A stretch of 64,000 nucleotides of DNA, taken from the NCBI GenBank assembly GCA_003602645.1, contig QQSI01000040.1, positions 4,152-68,151 on the forward strand, given 5' to 3'. Shown one piece after another: positions 25,612 through 35,169 of this stretch. Each line of letters begins with the position of its first letter. The stretch's first letter is position 1. The notes beneath the pieces are model-generated. The model saw nothing but the letters and a program-made list of their open reading frames with translations, ran no database searches and was not told where the DNA came from. The position numbers and the translations under genes are program-made. Source of the stretch: Candidatus Poseidoniales archaeon. Lineage in GTDB: Archaea > Thermoplasmatota > Poseidoniia > Poseidoniales > Poseidoniaceae.

Positions 25612-25637
25612 ACCTAATCCACCGACTACAACAACGG

Positions 25638-25644
25638 ATATAAT
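25638..25644. promoter_or_regulatory. Shared TATA-like element in a 65-bp divergent intergenic region
   Basis: ATATAAT (ATTATAT on the other strand) lies about 30 nt from the start at 25611 (-) and about 36 nt from the start at 25677 (+). Confidence 0.3.
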
Positions 25645-25676
25645 GATTCATAGTCTTTCAACGGTTACCCATACCA

Positions 25677-26567
25677 ATGGAGGGCTCAAACATGAGTGGC
25701 GTGACGATGAAAAACCTCCTACGCGGACAGGTTTACAGTTGCAATTTTGCCGATGGAACAACCATGTTTGAATGGATTGATCTCACATCCCAATCAAAGG
25801 ATGACCACCTCGTTTTTGTCTCTAGACTCCCACACAGAAGATTGCTCGACCGCATTGATGTCTCAAAGGTCGAAACATATTGGATGACGCACCGGGTGGG
25901 CCAAGCCCATATCGCCCCTGATTTGGAACAGTTACACAAACTCATGCTTTCCCGTATATCCAACCATCATGGATGTATTATTCTCGAAGGGTTAGAATGG
26001 TTAGTGACCTTGCACGGAGAAACGGTGGTGTTGAACTTCGTTCGTAGTTTGAGGGATGATTTACATCGAACTCAATGGTCGATTTTGATCCCCATCAAAC
26101 CGCTCGCCTTCAATTCAATTTGGTTGGCGCGTTTTCACCGTGAGGCGCCAGATATTTATTTGATGATAGAAGACCATGCCGAAGAAGTCATTCATAATGT
26201 GGAAGTGGACGTCGAGGAACCAAAAACAGAAGCCGCATCAACAGAGGAAGGATTACCGGTGCTGGTGATGCTGAACCGGCTTCCTAAGGTTGGGTTTACC
26301 AAGTCCATTCTACGAAAGCGAATTTTACAATGGCGGAGGATGGGGCTTGATGTCTCAGAAGTTGAACCCGCCCTCCATTTAGGCCCCGCAGCATCATACG
26401 ATTTGTATGCTGTTGTTGAAGAAAAAGTTCGTCGCGCTGTGGAACTCGAACAATTGGTCGATGCAACTCAAGAACACCTCACCGCAAGTGAACAAACCAC
26501 ATGTAAATTTAGAATCCGTCAACTCACTGGATTCGATGATATCCAAGCGATGTTAATGTCCCGGTAG
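25677..26567 (+). CDS. DUF835-like protein with a C-terminal helical extension
   Basis: LLRGQVYS..., FVSRLPHRRL, YWMTH......IAPDLEQLHKLM and CIILEGLEWLVTLHGETVVLNFVRSLRDDL......LIPIKPLAF follow the archaeal DUF835 pattern as I recall it. No Walker A motif and no TM segment. Confidence 0.5.
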   Translation: MEGSNMSGVTMKNLLRGQVYSCNFADGTTMFEWIDLTSQSKDDHLVFVSRLPHRRLLDRIDVSKVETYWMTHRVGQAHIAPDLEQLHKLMLSRISNHHGCIILEGLEWLVTLHGETVVLNFVRSLRDDLHRTQWSILIPIKPLAFNSIWLARFHREAPDIYLMIEDHAEEVIHNVEVDVEEPKTEAASTEEGLPVLVMLNRLPKVGFTKSILRKRILQWRRMGLDVSEVEPALHLGPAASYDLYAVVEEKVRRAVELEQLVDATQEHLTASEQTTCKFRIRQLTGFDDIQAMLMSR

Positions 26568-28118
26568 TCATCGAGGAATACGACCGTTTTCCGCTTCAAT
26601 CCGTGCTAACCATGCTCCATCTGACAATGCAGTGGCGATGTTGATGAGTTCTCTACTTGTGCTGCGATCACCAGTGAGGGGCTTTGCTAGCGTGCGCACG
26701 CGTTGCTTCAGACTTGCAACATATGTGGAAGGCTCAAGCGACTCAAATTCCAATGCTTCGCATGCAACCAACAGTTCACAGGCCAATACTTCTGAGAATC
26801 GTTGTGTGGCTTGAAGCAGGTTCCATGCGGCGGTAGCACCCATGCTGACATGGTCTTCTTGTCCAGCCGAAGTACTGGTGGAAAAGGCGGCTCGCGGACT
26901 TGCATGTCCATGGAGTTCCGCCAGGGATGCTCCGGCCACATACTGGACAATCATCAAACCAGATTCCAACCCCGAGTTCTTTGCCAAAAAAGCAGGCAAT
27001 TCACTGCGCGCTGGGTCGAGCATTTGGTCAATCCTACGTTCAGAAATTGAGCCGAGTTCAAACAAGGCAGCAGACATGGAATCTGCTGTTAATGCGATCA
27101 CCTCTCCATGAAAATTCCCTTGTGAAATGACTTCGTGCGGGCCCGGGTTCTTTGGGTCGGGGAAAATAAGGGGATTGTCGGTGGCGCTGTTCAATTCAAT
27201 CGTAATGGTTTCTAGCATGGAACTGTATTTTTGCAAGACGGCTCCATGAACTTGAGGGGCACATCGAAATGAATACGCATCTTGGACTCGTTCACAATTG
27301 GCGTGTGAGGCAAGAATTTGAGAATTCATCATGAAGGTCCGAATTCTCTTGGCAACAAGGCTTTGTCCAGGATGTGGTCTTGCATCGTGTACACGTGGGT
27401 CCGAGGGTTGAACACTTGCTTTTCTGGCCTCCATCGATGTGCAAAGGATGAGGTCTGCGAGTGGGAGCAGTGAAGAGAGTTTTCGCTCGGCAAGGGTCAT
27501 GAAGGCCAACATTTGACTTGTCCCATTGATCAATGATAATCCGTCCTTAGCACCCAATCGAACACCTATGAGTCCGTGTTCTCTGAGCACAGCCTCGGTG
27601 GGTGTTGGCGCTCCATCTTGGTCGAGAACATAGCCTTCCCCGAGCAATGCTAGCGCCATGTGAGAGAGTGGTGCTAAATCTCCACTTGCACCAAGACTTC
27701 CAATTCGCGGCACATGAGGAATGATGTCCTTATTGAGAAAATCAACGAGTTGCTCCACAACCTTTGGATGGACGCCTGAGTGGCCTTTGACAAGGGAATT
27801 TATTCGAACAGCCATCATCGCGCGAACGGCATGTTTTGGCATTGGTTCACCGAGGCCAGTGGCGTGTGAACGAACTAAATTGGTTTGCAATTGGGCCAAA
27901 TCATCGGGAGAGATTCGTTCATGAACCAAGGCACCAAATCCTGTATTGATGCCGTAAACCGTTTCCCCACGGCTCAATATTCCATCCACAACAGAGCGAG
28001 CAGCGTGTACATTTTGCCATGCATCTTCTGAAACAGCTACATCGGCATGGTTTGATGCGATCCGCTCAACTTCAGCGGGAGTAAGGGTTGTGCCATCAAA
28101 GTGAATTGTGTTTCTCAT
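26568..28118 (-). CDS. hutH: Histidine ammonia-lyase
   Basis: The MIO-forming SLGASGDLAPLSH, plus GINTGFG, LVRSHA and QDAYSFRCAPQVHG. Confidence 0.9.
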   Translation of the reverse strand: MRNTIHFDGTTLTPAEVERIASNHADVAVSEDAWQNVHAARSVVDGILSRGETVYGINTGFGALVHERISPDDLAQLQTNLVRSHATGLGEPMPKHAVRAMMAVRINSLVKGHSGVHPKVVEQLVDFLNKDIIPHVPRIGSLGASGDLAPLSHMALALLGEGYVLDQDGAPTPTEAVLREHGLIGVRLGAKDGLSLINGTSQMLAFMTLAERKLSSLLPLADLILCTSMEARKASVQPSDPRVHDARPHPGQSLVAKRIRTFMMNSQILASHANCERVQDAYSFRCAPQVHGAVLQKYSSMLETITIELNSATDNPLIFPDPKNPGPHEVISQGNFHGEVIALTADSMSAALFELGSISERRIDQMLDPARSELPAFLAKNSGLESGLMIVQYVAGASLAELHGHASPRAAFSTSTSAGQEDHVSMGATAAWNLLQATQRFSEVLACELLVACEALEFESLEPSTYVASLKQRVRTLAKPLTGDRSTSRELINIATALSDGAWLARIEAENGRIPR

Positions 28119-30211
28119 GGTTCATCACCGTCTGGAAAAAGAGAATCGAGGAGTTGAGAATCTGTCGAGTGCGGAAGTGTGATGTTGAGCCTTTTCTCAG
28201 CCTTCATTGCCCTTTTTATGGCGAATTTTGCGCCATCATTACGAGCCCAAGCCCTTCTTGCCACACCATTGTTGACGTCCCAATGAAGCATTGATTGAAG
28301 CTTTTCCTCACACTCATTGCTTCCATCAAGTAACATACCAAACCCACCGTTCATTACTTGGCCCCAACCTACACCTCCTCCATTGTGAAGACTGACCCAA
28401 GTTGCGCCTCGGAAAGCATCACCGACAAAATTCTGAACAGCCATGTCTGCGGTCCACATGGATCCGTCTCGGATGTTTGCAGTTTCTCGATAAGGACTGT
28501 CCGTTCCTGAAACATCATGATGGTCGCGACCTAACACAACGGGGCCAGAAAGTTCGCCGTTTCGAATGGCTTGATTCATCGCAGAAGCGATTTTCCTCCG
28601 GCCTTCATCATCTGCATAGAGAATGCGTGCTTGGGAACCAACCACCATTTGATTTTGGCCTGCCTCCTTAATCCACCGAATGTTGTCCCTCATTTGTTGT
28701 GTGATTTCTGAAGGTGATGTATCCATCATGGATTCAAGCACTTCCATTGCAATCTGATCCGTCTTTTTCAGATCATCTGGATCGCCCGAACAACACACCC
28801 ATCGATAAGGACCAAACCCATAATCGAAACACATTGGTCCCATGATATCTTCAACGTAACTTGGATACCTAAAACTTCCATCACTGTTGAGCACGTCAGC
28901 CCCAGCTCTACTAGCTTCAAGCAAGAAGGCATTCCCATAATCCCAGAAATACATGCCTTGTTCTGACATGTGATTGATAGCATCGGCGTGTCGCACAAGG
29001 GTTTCACGGACTTTATTCTTGAACAATTCAGGATTGTTAGAAAGCATTTCAGCGGCTTCGGCGTAAGGCATTCCTACGGGGAAATATCCTCCTTGGAATG
29101 GATTGTGAAGGCTTGTTTGATCTGATCCAAGGTCAACTCGAACATTTCTTTCTACCAGTCGTTCCCAAAGTGCGACGATGTTGCCAACGTAGCCAATGGA
29201 TATTGCTTGACGGTTGGCAGCGCATTCAACCATCCGATCTATGGCAACATCGATGTCCTCGGTGACCTCGGTTAACCAGCCCTGATGGTGACGCTTGTAT
29301 GCTGCATGTGCGTTGGATTCCGCCACAATACACGACGCACCGGCAATGACCGCTGCCTTTGCTTGTGCACCTGACATGCCTCCGAGACCTGATGTGACGA
29401 AGGTAACACCTTCCAGACCCGACTCGCCAGATAGACCCAAATGCGCTCTTGCAGCGTTAAGGAGTGTGATGGTCGTACCATGGACAATACCTTGTGGGCC
29501 AATGTACATGTAAGACCCTGCCGTCATCTGACCATATTGTGTGACGCCGAGTGCGTTGAGGCGTTCGTAATTCTCAGGTGTCGACTCACTAGGAATCATC
29601 ATTCCATTGGTGACAATCACTCGCGGTGCATTGATATTGGAAGGAAAAAGCCCCATTGGATGGCCAGAATACATCACCAGCGTTTGATCATCGTTCATGA
29701 TTGAAAGGTACTGCATGGTCAACCTGTATTGAGCCCAATTTTGGAACACCGAACCGTTCCCACCATAGGTGATGAGTTCATGTGGGAATTGAGCAACTGC
29801 AGGGTCCAAATTATTCTGAATCATGAGCATGATTGATGCGGCATGAATCGATTTCGCGGGGTAGGCATCGATTGGATGGGCTTTCATTTCGTATTCAGTG
29901 GGACGGAACCTCCACATGATAATACGCCCAAATGTGTTCAATTCATCTGCAAACTCAGGTCCAAGAATAGCGTGGTGTTTTTCATCGAAGTAACGCAACG
30001 CATTTTCCAGTGCTAATTTTTTTTCTTGACGGGAAAGAACTTGACGTCTTTTAGGGGCCATATCGACGTTTGGATCAATGCCCGGGTGAGCAGGGAGGGT
30101 GTCGGGGATTCCCTCTGCTATATGCGCTCTTAACCCACTCACATCAGCGCCCATGTTTGGTTCAAACCACGCCTTGTCCTTGAGCGTTCGTATTGGGCTT
30201 TTTCGCATCAA
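28115..30211 (-). CDS. hutU: Urocanate hydratase, long form (698 aa)
   Basis: ELITYGGNGSVFQNWAQY, YSGHPMGLFP, MIPSESTPENYE, GQMTAGSYMYIGPQGIVHGT and GLGGMSGAQ are urocanase strings. A 4-nt overlap couples it to hutH. Confidence 0.9.
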   Translation of the reverse strand: MMRKSPIRTLKDKAWFEPNMGADVSGLRAHIAEGIPDTLPAHPGIDPNVDMAPKRRQVLSRQEKKLALENALRYFDEKHHAILGPEFADELNTFGRIIMWRFRPTEYEMKAHPIDAYPAKSIHAASIMLMIQNNLDPAVAQFPHELITYGGNGSVFQNWAQYRLTMQYLSIMNDDQTLVMYSGHPMGLFPSNINAPRVIVTNGMMIPSESTPENYERLNALGVTQYGQMTAGSYMYIGPQGIVHGTTITLLNAARAHLGLSGESGLEGVTFVTSGLGGMSGAQAKAAVIAGASCIVAESNAHAAYKRHHQGWLTEVTEDIDVAIDRMVECAANRQAISIGYVGNIVALWERLVERNVRVDLGSDQTSLHNPFQGGYFPVGMPYAEAAEMLSNNPELFKNKVRETLVRHADAINHMSEQGMYFWDYGNAFLLEASRAGADVLNSDGSFRYPSYVEDIMGPMCFDYGFGPYRWVCCSGDPDDLKKTDQIAMEVLESMMDTSPSEITQQMRDNIRWIKEAGQNQMVVGSQARILYADDEGRRKIASAMNQAIRNGELSGPVVLGRDHHDVSGTDSPYRETANIRDGSMWTADMAVQNFVGDAFRGATWVSLHNGGGVGWGQVMNGGFGMLLDGSNECEEKLQSMLHWDVNNGVARRAWARNDGAKFAIKRAMKAEKRLNITLPHSTDSQLLDSLFPDGDEP

Positions 30212-30212
30212 A

Positions 30213-31454
30213 TCATGCGCTGCGTGGGTTTGGTCGCCACAAAGAGAAGAATGCCCCTGAGATCATCATCATCACGGAGAAGATCAAAAATCCATTTTTG
30301 AGTGTAAAATATTGTTCCTCCAACAGATAACCCGCTGTGGCACTGGATAACGAGAACGCTAATGACATCAAGAGCATGTCCATCGAAAACACTCGGCCGC
30401 GTACTTCATCCTCAACCCATTTCTGAGTCAGAATGGTTGACAACACCCAATTTGCTCCGGAAGCTGCATGAGCGAGCATCACAAGTGAGATCGTCAAGAA
30501 AAGACTCACGCCAAGCGTCCATCCGACGAGAAAATAGAACGCACCAGAAAGCATCACCAACAAACCGACCATAACAGGCCAGCGCTCTTCATTGGTGAGC
30601 AAGGCTCTTGCTGCAATTGGCCCAATTCCTGTGCCTACTCCGCGGGCGAAGAAAAAGATACCAAACCCTAGAGCCATACCAAAGCCGTCAATGTCTGAAC
30701 CTGCCACAACAAGGAATACGCCGGCCAAACCTCCACCTGCTATGTTCCATGAAGATTTTGCGAAGACGATGCGCAGAAGTCTTTTTTCACCGATAATACG
30801 TTTCCAACCTTTCTTGATGTTGGTAAAAGCAGTGGCCAGTAGTGGTCCTTTCATTTCATTTCCAATGGTCTGGGGGATGCTCAGATTTCTAAGCAGATAT
30901 GCCCCAAAGGCGAATGTGACTGCATCGATGATGAAGGCTGCATCTGTGCCCCAAATTTCGACCACAATGCCTCCAAGCATTGCACCTAAGCAGAGGGCTG
31001 TTGACCAACTCGCCGCATCTAATGCATTGGCTGTAGCGAGATGTTCAGCAGGAACAATGTTAGGCAATGCTGCCCGTTCTGCCGTCACATACATCCCATG
31101 CATAATCATCATCGCTCCAGTGAGAACGTAGATCCAAACAATGTGATTTTTTCCATCGATGAGCAGGAAACTTAACGCTAAGCCAACCTGGAGAATGTTT
31201 GTCCAAACCATAATCGTTTTTCGATTTAAGCGATCGGCCAAAAGACCACCAAATGGTTGGAATGCAGCAAAACACAGCATCCTCATCGTGAACAGAAGGC
31301 CGAGGAGAAATTCAGATTCGGTGTATTCGAAAATCAGAAGGAAAAGGGCAATCGTGTTGAACCACTCCCCTAGCATAGAGATGACTGAAGCAGACCATAA
31401 GCGCCTGAATGCGTGGTTGGTCCTGATCAACTCCAGGTAACCGATTTGAGTCAT
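30213..31454 (-). CDS. MFS transporter
   Basis: About 12 predicted TM helices, with GGLLADRLNRK (the MFS loop 2-3 motif). Begins 4 nt inside the upstream gene's end. Confidence 0.8.
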   Translation of the reverse strand: MTQIGYLELIRTNHAFRRLWSASVISMLGEWFNTIALFLLIFEYTESEFLLGLLFTMRMLCFAAFQPFGGLLADRLNRKTIMVWTNILQVGLALSFLLIDGKNHIVWIYVLTGAMMIMHGMYVTAERAALPNIVPAEHLATANALDAASWSTALCLGAMLGGIVVEIWGTDAAFIIDAVTFAFGAYLLRNLSIPQTIGNEMKGPLLATAFTNIKKGWKRIIGEKRLLRIVFAKSSWNIAGGGLAGVFLVVAGSDIDGFGMALGFGIFFFARGVGTGIGPIAARALLTNEERWPVMVGLLVMLSGAFYFLVGWTLGVSLFLTISLVMLAHAASGANWVLSTILTQKWVEDEVRGRVFSMDMLLMSLAFSLSSATAGYLLEEQYFTLKNGFLIFSVMMMISGAFFSLWRPNPRSA

Positions 31455-33754
31455 TCTTCTTCATGCCCCATGTTCACCTTGGTCTGAGCATGGATGGAAA
31501 CCGTGATCCATTTTGACGTAGGTGTGTTCGATACTTCAGCGGTTGATTCCAGAGGAACAATGCTGTTGGCTTCAGGGAAATAACTAGCCACGTTTCCCCG
31601 TGGGATGTCATAAGCGACAAGTTGCCAGCCGTTTGATGAGCGTTGTTGACCATTAAAATGACTTGTGAGGCGTATTTTTTGACGGTTTTTCCAACCACGC
31701 TCCACCATGTCCAGCGCATTCATTAACACCACACGACGGTTTCCATGTATGCCCCTGTAACGGTCGTGGACATCGTAGATTGTGGTGTTATACTGATCGT
31801 GTGAACGCATGGTCATCATGGTGTAGCAGTCTTCGGGAATGCTAAGGTTGGGCAATGAATGTGTGGTAAAGTGTGCTTTTCCATCGAATGTTGAGAACGA
31901 ACGGGTGTCACGTGGTGGATTTGGTAAGGCGAATCCATTTTCTTTGGAAACGCGTGTGTTGTAGTTTTCAAAGCCGGCTAAACTTTTGCTCATTAAGTCC
32001 CGGATTAAATTGTAATTACCTGCGAGTTTCATCCAATCAATAGGGCTTGATTCGATCGATCTATTCGCCATTTTTGCTACAATCATCGGTTCGCTAAGCA
32101 ACGATGTTGCCGCTGGAGGAAGCCCACCTACTGAGCGGTGAACGACGCCCATTGAATTTTCAACAGTGACAAACTGCTTCCCACTTTCTTGCATGTCCAA
32201 TTCAGTCCGTCCTAGGCATGGCAGAATCAAAGCGGATTTGCCAGTAATGAGGTGCGAGCGGTTAAGTTTTGTCGAAACTTGCACGGTCAAATTGACCTTT
32301 CTCAAACCATCTGCAGTAACATTGGTGTCAGGTGTTGCAGACAAGAAATTACCACCCATGCAGAAAAATAGATCGACACGGTTATCCACCATTGCTTTGA
32401 TAGCGTTGACAACATCATATCCGTGCTCTCGCGGCATGGGAATGCCGAGACCTCGTTCCATTCGATCAAGGAATTGTTCTGATGGCGCCTCCCAAATGCC
32501 TACTGTCCGGTCGCCTTGCACGTTCGAGTGTCCTCGTACGGGGCAAAATCCTGCGCCCGGACGACCTACGTGCCCACCCATGAGCAGCAAATTGACAACC
32601 TCTTGGATGACGGCAACACCATTGGGTTGCTGAGTGAGCCCCATCGCCCAGCATGCAATGGTTGCGTTCGACCGAGCAAGCAAGCGACCAACCGTTACAA
32701 TCTCTTCTTTTGAAATTCCGCTGTCCCTGACAATGGAATCCCAAGGTGTGCTTTTTGCCATCGATGCCATTGATTCATATCCGCTTGTCGATGATGCAAT
32801 GAATGCATCATCCAATCTACCTTGCTCGATATGGACTTTGATGAAACCCTTCAACAAAGCGGCATCTCCACCGATTCGCACCTGTAGATGATGGTCCGAG
32901 AGTTGAGTTGATTTGAAATCGAGTTTCATGTAATCTTGTGGATGCTTAAAACGCTCTAAACCAGCTTCAGGAAGCGGATTGATGTTGATGATTGTAGATC
33001 CATTATGCTTTGCATCTCGTAGAGCTGTGAGCATCCGCGGGTGATTTGTACCGGGGTTCTGACCGATAACAAGGATCACTTCAGATGAATTGAAATCCTC
33101 GAGGGTGACTGTTCCTTTCCCTATACCAATGGTTTGACCAAGCCCTTTCCCACTTGATTCATGACACATGTTGGAGCAATCTGGCATATTATTGGTCCCC
33201 AATGAACGAACAAATGCTTGGTAAAGAAAAGCTGCTTCATTGGATGTTCTTCCCGATGTGTAAAAAACGGCGCGTTCTGGTTTTGATAGGGATTTGAGTT
33301 GTTGTGCAATTCGGTCAAATGCATTATCCCAAGAAATTTCCTTGTAATGCGATGCTCCTTCCTCAAGCACCACCGGGTGCGAAATTCGTCCTTGCTTATT
33401 GAGCCAATGATCGCTCTTTTTTGCCAAAGACTGAACGCTGTGTTTTGAAAAAAATTCTGGAGTGACCCTTGCTTTCATTGCCTCATCAGCGACTGCTTTC
33501 GCTCCATTTTCGCAGAATTCAAAGGTTGTTCTGTGCTCGGGGTCGGGCCATGCACAACCTGGGCAATCGAATCCATCTTGCTGATTGACCATGGTGAGGG
33601 TTTTGACAGTTTTTACAAGGCCCATTTTTGTGACGCCGTGTTTCATCGATGAAACCGCTGCAGGTATTCCTGCTGCTAATTTTTTGGGTTTTCCAAGACG
33701 AAGACTGAGCCGATCTTCCGGAGTTTCTGGTGAAATCGGTGACCTCATGACCAA
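31451..33754 (-). CDS. Molybdopterin oxidoreductase, FdhF/YdeP family (alpha-subunit type)
   Basis: QDGFDCPGCAWPDPEHRTTFEFCENGAKAV (YdeP-type N-terminal Cys cluster), VIGQNPGTNHPRM and CPVRGHSNVQGDRT. The ORF is continuous, with no in-frame TGA. Confidence 0.85.
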   Translation of the reverse strand: MVMRSPISPETPEDRLSLRLGKPKKLAAGIPAAVSSMKHGVTKMGLVKTVKTLTMVNQQDGFDCPGCAWPDPEHRTTFEFCENGAKAVADEAMKARVTPEFFSKHSVQSLAKKSDHWLNKQGRISHPVVLEEGASHYKEISWDNAFDRIAQQLKSLSKPERAVFYTSGRTSNEAAFLYQAFVRSLGTNNMPDCSNMCHESSGKGLGQTIGIGKGTVTLEDFNSSEVILVIGQNPGTNHPRMLTALRDAKHNGSTIININPLPEAGLERFKHPQDYMKLDFKSTQLSDHHLQVRIGGDAALLKGFIKVHIEQGRLDDAFIASSTSGYESMASMAKSTPWDSIVRDSGISKEEIVTVGRLLARSNATIACWAMGLTQQPNGVAVIQEVVNLLLMGGHVGRPGAGFCPVRGHSNVQGDRTVGIWEAPSEQFLDRMERGLGIPMPREHGYDVVNAIKAMVDNRVDLFFCMGGNFLSATPDTNVTADGLRKVNLTVQVSTKLNRSHLITGKSALILPCLGRTELDMQESGKQFVTVENSMGVVHRSVGGLPPAATSLLSEPMIVAKMANRSIESSPIDWMKLAGNYNLIRDLMSKSLAGFENYNTRVSKENGFALPNPPRDTRSFSTFDGKAHFTTHSLPNLSIPEDCYTMMTMRSHDQYNTTIYDVHDRYRGIHGNRRVVLMNALDMVERGWKNRQKIRLTSHFNGQQRSSNGWQLVAYDIPRGNVASYFPEANSIVPLESTAEVSNTPTSKWITVSIHAQTKVNMGHEEE

Positions 33755-33784
33755 GCCTCATCCATAACGGAAAGACTGGGGTTC

Positions 33785-34582
33785 TCAAGGGTTGTCCTTC
33801 ATTGCCGGTTGTATGTACCCAATTCCTATGCTGCGGTGGGGTTTCACAAAACTGTAAATCCTCATTCCTAAGGCACGAGCCGTCTCTGCTGCAAGGGTTG
33901 AGCAAGCACCAACGCAAGCAATGGTTCCAATTCCAGCCCGGGCCGATTTAGCAACGATGTCCCACCCACATCGGCCAGACAGAAGTAAAACTAGGTTGTT
34001 CATATTTTGGCCCAAAGAAACGCATGTGCCGACTGCTTTGTCCACAGCATTGTGTCGTCCTATATCCTCGCACACAATCGAATCTTTCTCCCCAATCCGA
34101 AATAATCCCGCAGCATGCATGCCGCCGGTTTTTGAAAAACCATGTTGTTTTGCTTTCATAATTTCAAAGGACTGATTGAGCCAACTCAATTCGATGGTTC
34201 TATGACTTCCAGTATAGATTGGTAAGTTGCTTAGGAGATCTTCAACTCCTGGTGAATTGCATGCTCCACATGAAGTTGATACGATTTGCTTTGGTCTTGA
34301 TTTACCAATTTCATTTACGGTAAAATCAATGGCTTGAACGGTATAACCATCGCCTGATACCATAACTTCTATCTCGGCTGCAGGAGAAAGGTCATAGCCT
34401 TCAGTGGTGCAATGCCCAATGAGCAATTCAGGAAGTTGTGTTGGCGTGGCAAGCAACGTAGTGAACACGCCATCTTGGTCCGATAATTTGACTACAGTTT
34501 CCGTCGCAAGGTGATCGGAGGTCAATGCATACCCATCATGTGTCATTGTATGTACGCCAATTTGTTTGAATAGATCATTCAT
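33785..34582 (-). CDS. fdhD: Formate dehydrogenase accessory sulfurtransferase FdhD
   Basis: SSCGACN.., GGMHAAGLF, EDIGRHNAVDKAVG and LLLSGRCGWDIV are FdhD motifs. Confidence 0.85.
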   Translation of the reverse strand: MNDLFKQIGVHTMTHDGYALTSDHLATETVVKLSDQDGVFTTLLATPTQLPELLIGHCTTEGYDLSPAAEIEVMVSGDGYTVQAIDFTVNEIGKSRPKQIVSTSCGACNSPGVEDLLSNLPIYTGSHRTIELSWLNQSFEIMKAKQHGFSKTGGMHAAGLFRIGEKDSIVCEDIGRHNAVDKAVGTCVSLGQNMNNLVLLLSGRCGWDIVAKSARAGIGTIACVGACSTLAAETARALGMRIYSFVKPHRSIGIGYIQPAMKDNP

Positions 34583-35169
34583 GATTCATCCTCCGATTTT
34601 TTCAAATGGTCTAAATCAAAGAACTCGAATTGTAATGCGACCAATTCTGCGCTGGATTGCGCTGCTGCGTATGCTTCTAATGGCTCTCGATTCAATTCAA
34701 AAAACCGTTCACCCCAACGGAACGCACCTAGGACATCCCGAGCCTGTTCTTCTCTCCCGAGTAGAAATAGTACGGTTGATATCGCTTCAGCGGTCGTGAG
34801 TCGGCCAGGTTTCCCCCAATTGACAGGGTTTGCTGCAAGAAGAAGCGGTAACATGCGCGGTTGAAGCCTTGTTCGCTTCATGACCTGGGCCACGCTCGAC
34901 TCAATGTGCGCCCAACTGCAGTCAAGGCCCACAATCGATCCCCCTTGTTGCAAAATCAATGGGTGATCTTCAGGACCGAAGACTTTGCCGCAAAGAGGCT
35001 CCAGAATGATTCCTTTCCTTGGGAGTGTGTTTATTTTTTTGTGGAGGGTTAAGTCACCACGCCGGGATGCAAGAACTGCAGTGTTCTTCTTTGGATCATC
35101 CTGAGCCAGCCAAAGGGCATGGACGGGCAAATCGATGTTCGAATCAACTGTTTTCATTGAAGTAATCAC
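34579..35169 (-). CDS. tsr3: 16S rRNA aminocarboxypropyltransferase Tsr3 (DUF367)
   Basis: DDPKKNTA, GIILEP, GLDCSWAHIES, RMLPLLLAANPVNWGKPGRLTTAEAISTVLFLLG and FRWGERFFELN match Tsr3. Confidence 0.75.
   Translation of the reverse strand: MITSMKTVDSNIDLPVHALWLAQDDPKKNTAVLASRRGDLTLHKKINTLPRKGIILEPLCGKVFGPEDHPLILQQGGSIVGLDCSWAHIESSVAQVMKRTRLQPRMLPLLLAANPVNWGKPGRLTTAEAISTVLFLLGREEQARDVLGAFRWGERFFELNREPLEAYAAAQSSAELVALQFEFFDLDHLKKSEDES

Noticed and set aside
22296-26567. An integrated mobile element or provirus at tRNA-Val
   Set aside because: No integrase, transposase, capsid or replication gene is recognisable, and I did not spot a direct repeat of the tRNA 3' end. The region is kept only as a possible variable island (see findings).
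30592-31131. A 179-aa plus-strand ORF inside the MFS transporter gene
   Set aside because: It is an antisense shadow of a hydrophobic TM-rich gene. Its Pro/Ala/Arg-rich composition has no recognisable domain.
31451-33754. A selenocysteine-containing formate dehydrogenase
   Set aside because: The ORF is continuous with no in-frame TGA. The N-terminal Cys cluster matches the YdeP-type subgroup rather than FdhF with Sec.
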